Shown: one piece after another, positions 7,145-15,042 of the stretch
How positions within the stretch are numbered: the stretch's first letter is position 1
Layout: each line of letters begins with the position of its first letter
From: a virus
Lineage: Duplodnaviria > Caudoviricetes
Strand: one strand, 5' to 3'
Virus record (IMG/VR): IMGVR_UViG_3300008255_000314
Location: 1-32,611 of that record
DNA length: 32,611 nt
Made by a program: the position numbers and the translations under genes
The notes under the pieces: model-generated
Told to the model about the DNA's origin: nothing
Databases searched by the model: none
Seen by the model: the letters and a program-made list of their open reading frames with translations, nothing else

Positions 7145-8035
7145 CTAGATGGACACTTTTTCTGAACCGATCATGACGCGGATGTGTCCGTTGATGTCCG
7201 CTTTGATCGTCGCTGTAATATCGCCACAGCGGATGCGTTCGTATTCGTCTCCGTAACAGTATATCAATTTGTTCTTGATATATGCCTCCTGATCCGTCGA
7301 GACTTTGCGATTGTGCATTACAACCTTGAGCTTTTCAAGTGCGTCGCGCAGATCATCGTCGTCGCTTAGATCAGTTTCCTTTATGACTTTCAGCCTTTTG
7401 CAAAGCTTCCGTATCGTGTCGCCGTCGTCACTAAAGTCCGGCGTCGGCTCTTCGTCGTTTGCGATGGTGAGCCAGAACGCTTTGACAGCGGCCTCGATAA
7501 TACGGATTGTCTCTTCGTCGCGCTCGATAACCATACGGTACAATCTGTTTCCGCCGACAAGGACGATAAGCCAGTTTTCTTTCGCGCCAGTGCAAGCCAT
7601 CTCGTGCTGGCATTGTAGCATGATGTGTAGCGGCGCGTGCGTGATAAGTTCTCCATCGGCTTCCCATTCCATGTTAAATTGCAAGCCGTCAACAGTCTTG
7701 ATCTGCGCGATGCGGTCTGTCGGTTTTTCAACGTCGTCGAAGCCTGACGAGAAGGCATCCGGCGTGCATCCCATCCCTTTAATAAAAGGATGCGTGACGT
7801 AAACCTTTGGCTGATAGAAGTTCATTCCCCATCTATGGTTCGCCCATGCGATAACACCGGCTTCAAGGAACTGTCCTGCCTGCACGCGCGGATCATTGTC
7901 AAGATCGTCCGGCTCGACATTGCCTTTCTTCTCGTGCCACAGTTTATATTTTGTAATATAGCCGTGACCGAAAAGAGCTGCAACGTCTGAGCCGCCGATG
8001 TTTTCCTTGCGGAGCTGATGCCAGATGTCAGTCAT
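7145..8035 (-). CDS. YqaJ-like viral recombinase (lambda-exonuclease family)
   Basis: WHQLRKENIGGSDVAALFG, GQFLE, CTPD, QIKT and QCQHEM motifs. Confidence 0.92.
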   Translation of the reverse strand: MTDIWHQLRKENIGGSDVAALFGHGYITKYKLWHEKKGNVEPDDLDNDPRVQAGQFLEAGVIAWANHRWGMNFYQPKVYVTHPFIKGMGCTPDAFSSGFDDVEKPTDRIAQIKTVDGLQFNMEWEADGELITHAPLHIMLQCQHEMACTGAKENWLIVLVGGNRLYRMVIERDEETIRIIEAAVKAFWLTIANDEEPTPDFSDDGDTIRKLCKRLKVIKETDLSDDDDLRDALEKLKVVMHNRKVSTDQEAYIKNKLIYCYGDEYERIRCGDITATIKADINGHIRVMIGSEKVSI

Positions 8036-8619
8036 TAGAATACCGTCTCGACAACCATTTTCAGGCCGATGGTGCCGTCATCATGGATGATGACTTCCAT
8101 GCCGCGTTGCTTCGCGATGCGGTTGACGGTTGCGAGAGCGCCTTTCAAATCAGCAAGCTCTGCATCGTCGTGCTTGATAGGCACCGGCGCACGGCGCTCT
8201 TGCTTACCTTTTGCAACGCCGATAGTTTTCGGGCCGACAAAGCGAGCCAGCACGTTACCAAGGACGATCTTCTTGCCATCCCAATACGCCTCGTATGTTT
8301 TTCTAGGCATGGCTGGCAAAAGATCAAGGCCGCGCGTGCCTCCTGAAAAAGATGCGTAGCAGCTTTGCTTTTGCTGTTCCGGCGCATTGAACAAAACACC
8401 GTCCTTGTTTTCGACAAGGGCTGCGCTGGAAGCATTACCCTCAAGCTCAAACCTTTTTAATTTAAAAGAAGAAGGAAGTGTAAAGCGGATGCACGTTCCG
8501 TCGCGTGACGTGGTGACGTTAATTTTATATACGCCCGGCTCCGGTGTGATCTTGCTGTTTAATGCCTCGGACAGTCCGTCAAAAGATTTCAGGACGACTG
8601 GCTTACTCTGTTCTTTCAT
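8035..8619 (-). CDS. hypothetical protein, first gene of the leftward operon
   Basis: ATG at 8619 with GAGGT RBS, 194 aa. The N-half beta-hairpins are loosely AbrB-like. No HTH or S24 peptidase domain. Confidence 0.7.
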   Translation of the reverse strand: MKEQSKPVVLKSFDGLSEALNSKITPEPGVYKINVTTSRDGTCIRFTLPSSFKLKRFELEGNASSAALVENKDGVLFNAPEQQKQSCYASFSGGTRGLDLLPAMPRKTYEAYWDGKKIVLGNVLARFVGPKTIGVAKGKQERRAPVPIKHDDAELADLKGALATVNRIAKQRGMEVIIHDDGTIGLKMVVETVF

Positions 8620-8642
8620 TTTATACCTCGGTACGAAGGTTA

Positions 8643-8672
8643 TTGACATGCCTACATCAGGCGTTGTATGAG
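8643..8672 (+). promoter_or_regulatory. putative sigma70 promoter for the cro/replication operon
   Basis: TTGACA (8643-8648), 18-nt spacer, TATGAG (8667-8672), in the divergent intergenic gap. Confidence 0.5.
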
Positions 8673-8711
8673 AGTAATACCAAACCCATGTACCCAAAGC
8701 AAGAGGAAAAA

Positions 8712-8954
8712 ATGACAACAAAGAAAAAAATTATCTTGCGGCCAGCGATGCCCGCAAAACGTATATATGATGAGGTTCAGCAGCATATCGACAAGTCCGG
8801 TATATCCCTGCGCGATCTGTGCAAGGCAGCAAAGATGTCAAGGATGACGCTGTGGCAATGGCGGGAAGAGCTGCACGAGCCGCGCCTTGACAGCCTCGTT
8901 AAGCTTTGCAAGGGTTTAAATAAGGTCGGCATCAAAGCGGAGATTAAATTCTAA
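8712..8954 (+). CDS. Cro-like XRE helix-turn-helix regulator
   Basis: 80 aa, GISLRDLCKAAKMSRMTLWQWREELHEPRLDSLVKL; GAGG RBS. Confidence 0.85.
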   Translation: MTTKKKIILRPAMPAKRIYDEVQQHIDKSGISLRDLCKAAKMSRMTLWQWREELHEPRLDSLVKLCKGLNKVGIKAEIKF

Positions 8955-9388
8955 TGGTAAAGTCATGGCATCAGAACGTAAAAAAAGCGCCTAAGCTCGC
9001 CAGAACGGATGTCGACGGCACCGTATTTGATAGCAAGGGAGAGCTGCACAGGTGGAAAAAGTTGCAGCTCTGGCAGATGGCCGGTGAGATCAGAAACCTA
9101 CGGCGGCAAGTTCCGTTTGATCTGATCCTACCAGACGGCACGCCGGTGCAAACGGCCACCGGAAAGACTATGCAGTACACGGCTGATTTTGTGTACGAGC
9201 AAAAGCAAACCCACAAAACGAACCCTGATATAAATCCAGACCTGACCTACGAGAAGTGGATCGAGGTTGTCGAAGATTTCAAAGGCTTCGTTGGCCGCGT
9301 CGAGGCGCTCCGCATCGCAATATTCGAAGCGATCTATAAAAAGAAAGTCACCCTTAGCGGGCCGAGAAAGAGAGCAAAAAATGGCTAA
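8954..9388 (+). CDS. DUF1064-family PD-(D/E)XK nuclease (resolvase-like)
   Basis: DGTVFDSKGE, LRRQVPFDL, YTADFVY and VVEDFKG. Confidence 0.85.
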   Translation: MVKSWHQNVKKAPKLARTDVDGTVFDSKGELHRWKKLQLWQMAGEIRNLRRQVPFDLILPDGTPVQTATGKTMQYTADFVYEQKQTHKTNPDINPDLTYEKWIEVVEDFKGFVGRVEALRIAIFEAIYKKKVTLSGPRKRAKNG

Positions 9389-10244
9389 GTTTGCCGCGCT
9401 GCCGATATTCACAGATGCGCTTCTGGCAGATACAGGACACCTGACACACGACGAGTTCGGTCGATACATGCGCCTGCTTATCATCACATGGCGGACGCCG
9501 GAGTGCGTCATACCGAATGACCCTGCGTGGTTGTCGAAGAGGCTCGGCCTGTCGCCACTTGAATATGGCGAAAAAATTAAGCCATTGATTTTAGAGTTTT
9601 TTACCCCATGCGACGACGATACGAAGCTTATGCAGAAGCGCCTGCGGAGGGAGTACGAATACGTCATCAGCAAGTCAGAAGCAGGGCGTGTCGCCGCCGA
9701 AAAGCGGTGGGAAAAAGAGAAGGCTATTGAAAACAAACAAAAAACACCCATGCGAAACGGATGCGAAACGGATGCCCCCACACCCACACCCACACCCACA
9801 CCCACACCCACAAGTAATAAGATACCCCCTACCCCCAAGGGGGGATTGATCGAGGTCGCGCCTGCCGGTAAACCTCCGGGCGAGATGGCAGAGTTTCCAG
9901 ACTGGATGGTCAGGGATCATAACCTGATGGAAGGCTTCGCGGCTTTCCTGCAAAACCGCAAGGACATGAAGAAGCCGGTCAAGAGCGCCTATGCCATCGC
10001 GCGGCACATCGGAACCTTGACGCGGCTCAGGGACGCAGGCCATGATCCGCTGGAATGTATCAACAAAGCCATTGAGAGAGGCTGGCAGGCCTTCTACCCA
10101 CCTGACGGCGGCGGGAAGACACAGTTCAGCTCTCAGGCCAGCCAGCGGCCTTCTCATGCCCGCAAAATGCAGGAAGCTGCCGTCGGCGCTGTGATGGACT
10201 ACAACGAACGCAAGAAAGGAACACCCGATGACAGCATTGACTGA
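9381..10244 (+). CDS. replication initiator, DUF1376/YdaU-like N-terminus
   Basis: LPIFTDALLADTGHLTHDEFGRYMRLL..W, QKRLRRE, PT-rich linker, C-terminal AIERGWQAFY helical domain. Confidence 0.85.
   Translation: MAKFAALPIFTDALLADTGHLTHDEFGRYMRLLIITWRTPECVIPNDPAWLSKRLGLSPLEYGEKIKPLILEFFTPCDDDTKLMQKRLRREYEYVISKSEAGRVAAEKRWEKEKAIENKQKTPMRNGCETDAPTPTPTPTPTPTSNKIPPTPKGGLIEVAPAGKPPGEMAEFPDWMVRDHNLMEGFAAFLQNRKDMKKPVKSAYAIARHIGTLTRLRDAGHDPLECINKAIERGWQAFYPPDGGGKTQFSSQASQRPSHARKMQEAAVGAVMDYNERKKGTPDDSID
9750..9812 (+). repeat. direct repeats (ATGCGAAACGG x2 plus partial) and an (ACACCC)n run; candidate replication origin
   Basis: ATGCGAAACGG at 9750-9760 and 9761-9771, ATGC at 9772-9775, then hexamer repeats encoding PTPTPT. 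Preceded by an A-rich stretch. Confidence 0.6.
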
Positions 10245-10902
10245 GTGCCGGCAAGCCCCTCTGGCGCCGGTCGACTACGACATCTTGGACAAAAAGGCCG
10301 AACAAGTCCTCGCTTTCAGGGATCGGATCGTCACCGTTCTGGAATGGACGCGCGACGAGTATGGCGATCCGGTGCAGCGGAAGATAGAAGTGCCAGCCGG
10401 GCCAGAGGTGTTCAAGAAGGGGGAGGTCAGCGACCGGCTCTTCGAGGCACTGACGCGGCCAGTACACCCGACACACCTTGCCGTCCATCTGACCAACCTG
10501 TCCTACCATAAGCCGTGGACACGCGGCAGCGAGGCGTGGCGCGTTGTCGTATCAGACATGATGATCGACCTTGAGGGCGTCAGCGAGTACGCTATCATCA
10601 AGGTCTGCGAGATGTTCAGGCGAGATCACGAGCTGCACTACTTCCCGGACACAGCCGTCCTTGTAAAAAAAGCGCGGGACTTGGACTGGTCGCTTCGAAA
10701 CGTGAATGTTGACAAGCCAAAGCCTATGCCACAAAAAAGGGAAGAGCCACAGCTGCCGGTAAAAAACCACAAAAGCCGAAAACGTGTCGCGCGGATTATG
10801 AAGATCGGTGGACGTCCGCCAGAAAAGTGGACACAATGGGAGAAGAGGTTTATGGATGCAATCAAAAGAAAAGCAGATGGAGAACGAGCCGCGCATAAGT
10901 GA
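10228..10902 (+). CDS. hypothetical protein, possible helicase loader (P-like)
   Basis: Follows and overlaps the initiator; DLEGVSEYAIIKVCEMFRR...YFPDTAVL resembles loader-type domains. Confidence 0.55.
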   Translation: MTALTECRQAPLAPVDYDILDKKAEQVLAFRDRIVTVLEWTRDEYGDPVQRKIEVPAGPEVFKKGEVSDRLFEALTRPVHPTHLAVHLTNLSYHKPWTRGSEAWRVVVSDMMIDLEGVSEYAIIKVCEMFRRDHELHYFPDTAVLVKKARDLDWSLRNVNVDKPKPMPQKREEPQLPVKNHKSRKRVARIMKIGGRPPEKWTQWEKRFMDAIKRKADGERAAHK

Positions 10903-11095
10903 CCATGCCATCGTGCGTTACATGGAGAGGGTTTACGGCCTTGACCTCGACACCCTGCGCCGAGAGATACTGACGCCTGAGCGCGAGCAGATGATCCGCA
11001 TGGGCGCAAAGAAGATCAAGGCGGGCGACTATGTCTTCATCGTCGAGAACAGTGTGATCGTAACAATACTACACAAAAAAAACCCCGACAGTTAA
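10877..11095 (+). CDS. small RelE/BECR-fold-like protein
   Basis: 72 aa, RISDHAIVRYMERV...FIVENSVIVTIL pattern. Confidence 0.65.
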   Translation: MENEPRISDHAIVRYMERVYGLDLDTLRREILTPEREQMIRMGAKKIKAGDYVFIVENSVIVTILHKKNPDS

Positions 11096-11108
11096 GCCGG
11101 GGTTTTTT
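11075..11108. terminator. bidirectional intrinsic terminator
   Basis: AAAAAAAACCCCG-acagttaagc-CGGGGTTTTTT at the junction of convergent genes. Confidence 0.8.
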
Positions 11109-11556
11109 CTATACGGAGATTTTTAATGGGGGTCGGATATGTATATTGATTTGCTGCTTTACAATTTGGGCAGGACGGATGTTGGTATCTGCTGTCTCGC
11201 CACAATTTCAGCACATCTTCTGTTGCTTCAAATTCTTGAAGGCAGTAATTGCAAATATACTTAGGCGCGGCGGGGGTGGTGAATGCGTTCATGACAGCCG
11301 TTACATCTGCATCCTCAAGACTAAAGTGCGGATCAACAGTTGCCATGGTAATTCTTTTGAACGCCTCCAAAGCCTCCCGCCTATCGCCAGCGGGTTGCTC
11401 CTCCGTGGGGCGTGATTGAATGGCGGCTTGTACTGTCTCTATATCCAGCGACTTATCAAAAGATGCGTTTGGATCTTCGTATGGATATCCATGAGAAAGT
11501 CGAGTTAACGCATATAGTGCATTCTCGCGGCACTGGTCGGTGGTGGGGGTGGTCAT
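11092..11556 (-). CDS. hypothetical protein with a C-terminal Zn ribbon
   Basis: 154 aa with CNYC...CPNC; GAAAGGA RBS. Confidence 0.7.
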   Translation of the reverse strand: MTTPTTDQCRENALYALTRLSHGYPYEDPNASFDKSLDIETVQAAIQSRPTEEQPAGDRREALEAFKRITMATVDPHFSLEDADVTAVMNAFTTPAAPKYICNYCLQEFEATEDVLKLWRDSRYQHPSCPNCKAANQYTYPTPIKNLRIEKTPA

Positions 11557-11568
11557 TTGTTTTTCCTT

Positions 11569-12474
11569 TCAATACGCCTCACATGATCCGCTAGATGCGT
11601 TGCAAAATGCGCCAAATCCAGACAGCTTTTCAACCTGCTCCTCTGTCATAGAGGCAGCTATTTTTATATCGTCTTTCCACCATCGTGGCGTTTTGTCTGG
11701 GTTAAGCGCAAATGTGCGACACATTTGCGCTTCCTTGTCTGCCCACCACTTTGCGCGTTCTGGGTAAAACTTAGCGAGATGTATCCTTGCTTCTTCTGAC
11801 TTCCAAAAGCATCCATCACAATTTCCAAGGAGGGTTTTTCCTTTTACGGACTGCAAAGGAAGGTCAAATCCTACTTCTTCCTCCCAAAATTTTGATACAT
11901 CTTCTTTTGTAATTCCGGCATCGTTAAGAGGAAACCACCTGACCCCCCTAACTTTGTGAGCCTTCATCGGGGATTTTCTTACTCGGCGCGGCTCATCGGC
12001 GCGAAAACCTATGGCAGAAATACGTTTATTAATGCCAACGGATTTTAGATACCGATGCGCGGTTTCGACCTTCATTTCGCCGGAGCAAAAGCGCTTTGTC
12101 ATATTCGGAAGGTATCTTTTTCTCTCTATGATCTGGTCAAATGGCTCGGCGTTTCTGCTGGCCGTGTCGAAGTTTACAATGTCAAACTTATCTGTTCCGT
12201 TCGGCCTGTTTCTATATTCAAGCCAAACTATTTTGACGCCCCACCTTTCGCTAACTTCATTAACAAACCACAATGTTTCTTCCATCTCCCTACCTGTATT
12301 TTGAAAAAGCACAACAGCCCTTTTTTCAAAATCACCATTGTTTTCAAGAATACGTTTAAGCATCATGCCGCTTGTTCTGCCGCCAGAAAACTGTATTACC
12401 ACGGGGAGAAGATTTCCTTCTTTGTCGAAAGCCTCTGGAAACTTAAATGGGTGCTTTGGAGAAAATAAATCCAT
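11569..12474 (-). CDS. PAPS-reductase-like PP-loop protein (adenine nucleotide alpha-hydrolase; DndC/CysH superfamily)
   Basis: FSGGRTSG PP-loop, FQNTGRE, RFCSGEMK, IGFRADEPRR and GNCDGCFWK. Visibly more AT-rich than its flanks. Confidence 0.88.
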   Translation of the reverse strand: MDLFSPKHPFKFPEAFDKEGNLLPVVIQFSGGRTSGMMLKRILENNGDFEKRAVVLFQNTGREMEETLWFVNEVSERWGVKIVWLEYRNRPNGTDKFDIVNFDTASRNAEPFDQIIERKRYLPNMTKRFCSGEMKVETAHRYLKSVGINKRISAIGFRADEPRRVRKSPMKAHKVRGVRWFPLNDAGITKEDVSKFWEEEVGFDLPLQSVKGKTLLGNCDGCFWKSEEARIHLAKFYPERAKWWADKEAQMCRTFALNPDKTPRWWKDDIKIAASMTEEQVEKLSGFGAFCNASSGSCEAY

Positions 12475-12477
12475 CCC

Positions 12478-12549
12478 CTAGCCCTCCACAATCTTGAGGT
12501 TGTTCAACTTCAAACACTGAAAAACCCACAGTTTGTATCTGTCAGTCAT
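12478..12549 (-). CDS. possible micro-ORF (23 aa)
   Basis: MTDRYKLWVFQCLKLNNLKIVEG* with AAGGTG RBS; fills the gap between the HTH and PAPS-reductase genes. Confidence 0.35.
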   Translation of the reverse strand: MTDRYKLWVFQCLKLNNLKIVEG

Positions 12550-12560
12550 TTTTTCACCTT

Positions 12561-12722
12561 TCAAATAGAACGAAGGCGCTTTACCGCCATACGGTTGACC
12601 TTGCGCTCGCCGCGCTCCCACTTCTTGATCGCGTCGGCAGAGCAACCAAGGAAGGCGGCGAGCGCCGGGCGTTTTTTAAAGCCCTTGCTGATGCGGAGCT
12701 TTTTGAAGTCTTCACCTTTCAC
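12561..12722 (-). CDS. small XRE-type HTH protein (53 aa, not in ORF track)
   Basis: GTG start; MKGEDFKKLRISKGFKKRPALAAFLGCSADAIKKWERGERKVNRMAVKRLRSI*. GTGA overlap and AGGAGG RBS. Confidence 0.8.
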   Translation of the reverse strand: MKGEDFKKLRISKGFKKRPALAAFLGCSADAIKKWERGERKVNRMAVKRLRSI

Positions 12723-13054
12723 GATGTGCCTCCTACCGGAACAGCGCTTTGGTCATTGACGTAGCGAAGGTTTTTCGCCGCCATCGTCAAGACCTCGTTC
12801 GCCGTCAGCTGACCGAAGTCGCGCAGCGCAAGCTCGGACAGGCTATCGCATAGGGAATTGATAGCCTGCTCGATAGATAGGCGCTGGATGAAGTCGATCT
12901 TCTTTGCTTCGTCATCCGTCTGCGCGGCTTGCAGCTGTTCGATCTCGCTGATGATGCCGCGCAGGACGGCTTTGTGGATCGTCACATGATCGCCCTGCTT
13001 GGCGTCGATCAGCGACTTGATAAGCGCGATGCTTTGGGGTGTGACCATACTCAT
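12719..13054 (-). CDS. hypothetical protein
   Basis: Start at the ATGA overlap (13054); 111 aa, helical. Confidence 0.7.
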   Translation of the reverse strand: MSMVTPQSIALIKSLIDAKQGDHVTIHKAVLRGIISEIEQLQAAQTDDEAKKIDFIQRLSIEQAINSLCDSLSELALRDFGQLTANEVLTMAAKNLRYVNDQSAVPVGGTS

Positions 13055-13260
13055 GTTGCGATGATCCATGCAAAGCAGATGATGGCGACAACCAGAGGCA
13101 CAGGAGATAGGCGCGGTTTGAAGCCGTTAATTCGCATTTGCAGCTTTTGAAGCTCTGATAGTGTGCAGATGCGTATTAGGCCGGCGATCCATAGCAGGGC
13201 GCACGGCACGCCGAAAACCCAAGCGATGATGTTAAAAAAAGTGTCAAAAGGCTCACCCAT
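13051..13260 (-). CDS. two-TM membrane protein
   Basis: MGEPFDTFFNIIAWVFGVPCALLWIAGLI...PVPLVVAIICFAWIIAT; AAGGAG RBS. Confidence 0.7.
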   Translation of the reverse strand: MGEPFDTFFNIIAWVFGVPCALLWIAGLIRICTLSELQKLQMRINGFKPRLSPVPLVVAIICFAWIIAT

Positions 13261-13603
13261 TTTTTTTCTCCTTTGGTTGCAGTACCGCCAGCGGAACATG
13301 AGCGCGAGCTTTGTTCACGGTGTCGATGACTTGTGGTTTGATTTTTTCCATCAGCTTTGACGGACGGACGCTTTCGTCAAAGCCAAGGGCGTTCTCTGAC
13401 GAGACGATGTCCATGTTACCGTCAGGCCTTTTCTGACCGACCTCGATTACGACACGCATGATGAACGCGCGGGGCTTGTCTTTGCCTTTGCGTGCCTCTT
13501 TTTCGATCTCGTCCATGAGTTCCTTGCCGTCAATCGTGATGACCTCGGCGCCGTCTGCGATGGCCTGCATCGCCTGCTCTTCGTTTGTGATGGTCGGTTT
13601 CAT
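13253..13603 (-). CDS. hypothetical protein
   Basis: MKPTITNEEQ start with ATGA overlap; 116 aa. Confidence 0.7.
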   Translation of the reverse strand: MKPTITNEEQAMQAIADGAEVITIDGKELMDEIEKEARKGKDKPRAFIMRVVIEVGQKRPDGNMDIVSSENALGFDESVRPSKLMEKIKPQVIDTVNKARAHVPLAVLQPKEKKNG

Positions 13604-13764
13604 GCTACCTTCTGTATCTCCTGCCATTTTCCATTGACGATGGTGTGCGGCGGGCGTTTGGGGTGGATAAGGACGGCAACGCCGTTGACGATGTTCACAC
13701 GGCTTTGTTTATCGCGGGGCCAGCCGTGCGGAAGTGGTGGCCTTGGTTCGTTGTTGTTGCTCAT
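13600..13764 (-). CDS. hypothetical protein (54 aa)
   Basis: MSNNNEPRPPLPHGWP...WQEIQKVA; stop overlaps the next start. Confidence 0.55.
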   Translation of the reverse strand: MSNNNEPRPPLPHGWPRDKQSRVNIVNGVAVLIHPKRPPHTIVNGKWQEIQKVA

Positions 13765-13882
13765 ATCTCTCGTGCCTCTGGTTGTCCCGCAGCTCGTCCG
13801 TTCTGACGATGGCATCGACGGTCAGCTTTGTGCAGCCTGCGATCATCGACAAGAACAGGACGAGTGCGAGAAGATTTTTCAT
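13709..13882 (-). CDS. small lipoprotein
   Basis: MKNLLALVLFLSMIAGC lipobox; ATGA overlap with the upstream gene. Confidence 0.6.
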   Translation of the reverse strand: MKNLLALVLFLSMIAGCTKLTVDAIVRTDELRDNQRHERYEQQQRTKATTSARLAPR

Positions 13883-14982
13883 CGAACGATTGCCCGATTT
13901 TCTTCGCGGACGAAAGCTCCGCGCAGCTGTTTGCCGGGATTGGCTTTGACCCATGAGTTCAGGGCGATCTGGATGTCGTCGTCCTTGAAGTGCTGACGCA
14001 GGGCTTCGAGGTCGATGATCTCGCGATTGGTCACTGTGCCTACCCACAACGTCTGTACGGTGGCCACAGAGCCTTCCCGACCACGGACGCGAGCAAGGTC
14101 AGCCGCGTCCTTGTTGGCCAGCTTGTCGAGCTTCTCTGCCTGTTTATCTGTGCGGATGGCGGTGTCGATCAGCTTGTTTGCCTCGCGGTTGTCGGCTTTG
14201 GCCTGCTTCGACAGCTCATGCGCGGCATCTTCCGCAGCTTCGGCGTCCTGCTTGGCCGCTTTCAGCTGTTCGCGTTCTTCACTCTTTGCCGCTTTCAGCT
14301 TATCGTTGGCCTCGTCCAGCTGGCGTTTAAGTTCCGCCTGCTTTTCCTTGTCGGCCTTTTCAGCCGCCGCCTTCTCGTCCTTGAGGCGCTGGATTTCAGC
14401 TTCCTGTTCGGCCTTCTTGCGGGCAGCTTCTTCCTCGATGGCTTTGCGGCGAGCTTCGGCCTCGGCATGGGCGCGGGCTTGCTCTTCCTTGGCAATCCGT
14501 TCCTTTTCCTCGGCTTCCTTGCGCTTGCGCTCTCCTTCACGCAAAGCGGCTTCCGCTTCCTCGCGCTTGCGTTGCGCCTCTTCCTCGCGCTTGCGGCGCT
14601 CCTCGTCCTCTTTTTTCTTTTGGTATTCGGACAGAGGGGTTGCAGCTGCATCGACGAGTTTTTTCAGGCGCTCTGTCCAGCTCTTGAACATGCCGTCCAC
14701 CATACGAGAGCCTTGTAGGTAGACCTCTTTCTCCTCGACGCGGGCTGCGTCCAGAGATTTATTTGCGCTCTTCACCTGTTTGATGAAGTCAGCCACCTTG
14801 CCAGCGGTTTCGTCGTCGTTGACCTCGGTCGGGATGCGATCAGCTGCATTGAGCAGACGCTCCGCGAACGAGAAAGTCTCAGGGTATTGCTCGCGCATCT
14901 TCTGCTCGAACACGTCCGCATCGCTCGGCGGATTGTTGCCGCCGATGCCGAGGCGTGTATCGGTATCGTTTAAAATAGACAT
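13879..14982 (-). CDS. long coiled-coil protein, possibly Gam/Gp157-like DNA-end protection
   Basis: 367 aa: N-terminal GIGGNNPP motif, E/K/A/R-rich coil, C-terminal ...IALNSWVKANPGKQLRGAFVREE. The function is inferred. Confidence 0.6.
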   Translation of the reverse strand: MSILNDTDTRLGIGGNNPPSDADVFEQKMREQYPETFSFAERLLNAADRIPTEVNDDETAGKVADFIKQVKSANKSLDAARVEEKEVYLQGSRMVDGMFKSWTERLKKLVDAAATPLSEYQKKKEDEERRKREEEAQRKREEAEAALREGERKRKEAEEKERIAKEEQARAHAEAEARRKAIEEEAARKKAEQEAEIQRLKDEKAAAEKADKEKQAELKRQLDEANDKLKAAKSEEREQLKAAKQDAEAAEDAAHELSKQAKADNREANKLIDTAIRTDKQAEKLDKLANKDAADLARVRGREGSVATVQTLWVGTVTNREIIDLEALRQHFKDDDIQIALNSWVKANPGKQLRGAFVREENRAIVR

Positions 14983-15042
14983 AGGTAGTTCTCCTTGGTA
15001 CGTTGCGCCGAAAACACCCGGCGTGTGGTGGTAGTGAATATA

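Noticed and set aside
9128-9838. Minus-strand ORF with GVGVGV repeats
   Set aside because: Reverse complement of the PTPTPT linker of the replication initiator.
11569-12474. Complete Dnd phosphorothioate system
   Set aside because: No DndA, DndB, DndD or DndE-like genes are recognisable.
13990-14722. Two long plus-strand ORFs (242 and 235 aa)
   Set aside because: Low-complexity antisense shadows of the E/K/A-rich coiled-coil gene.
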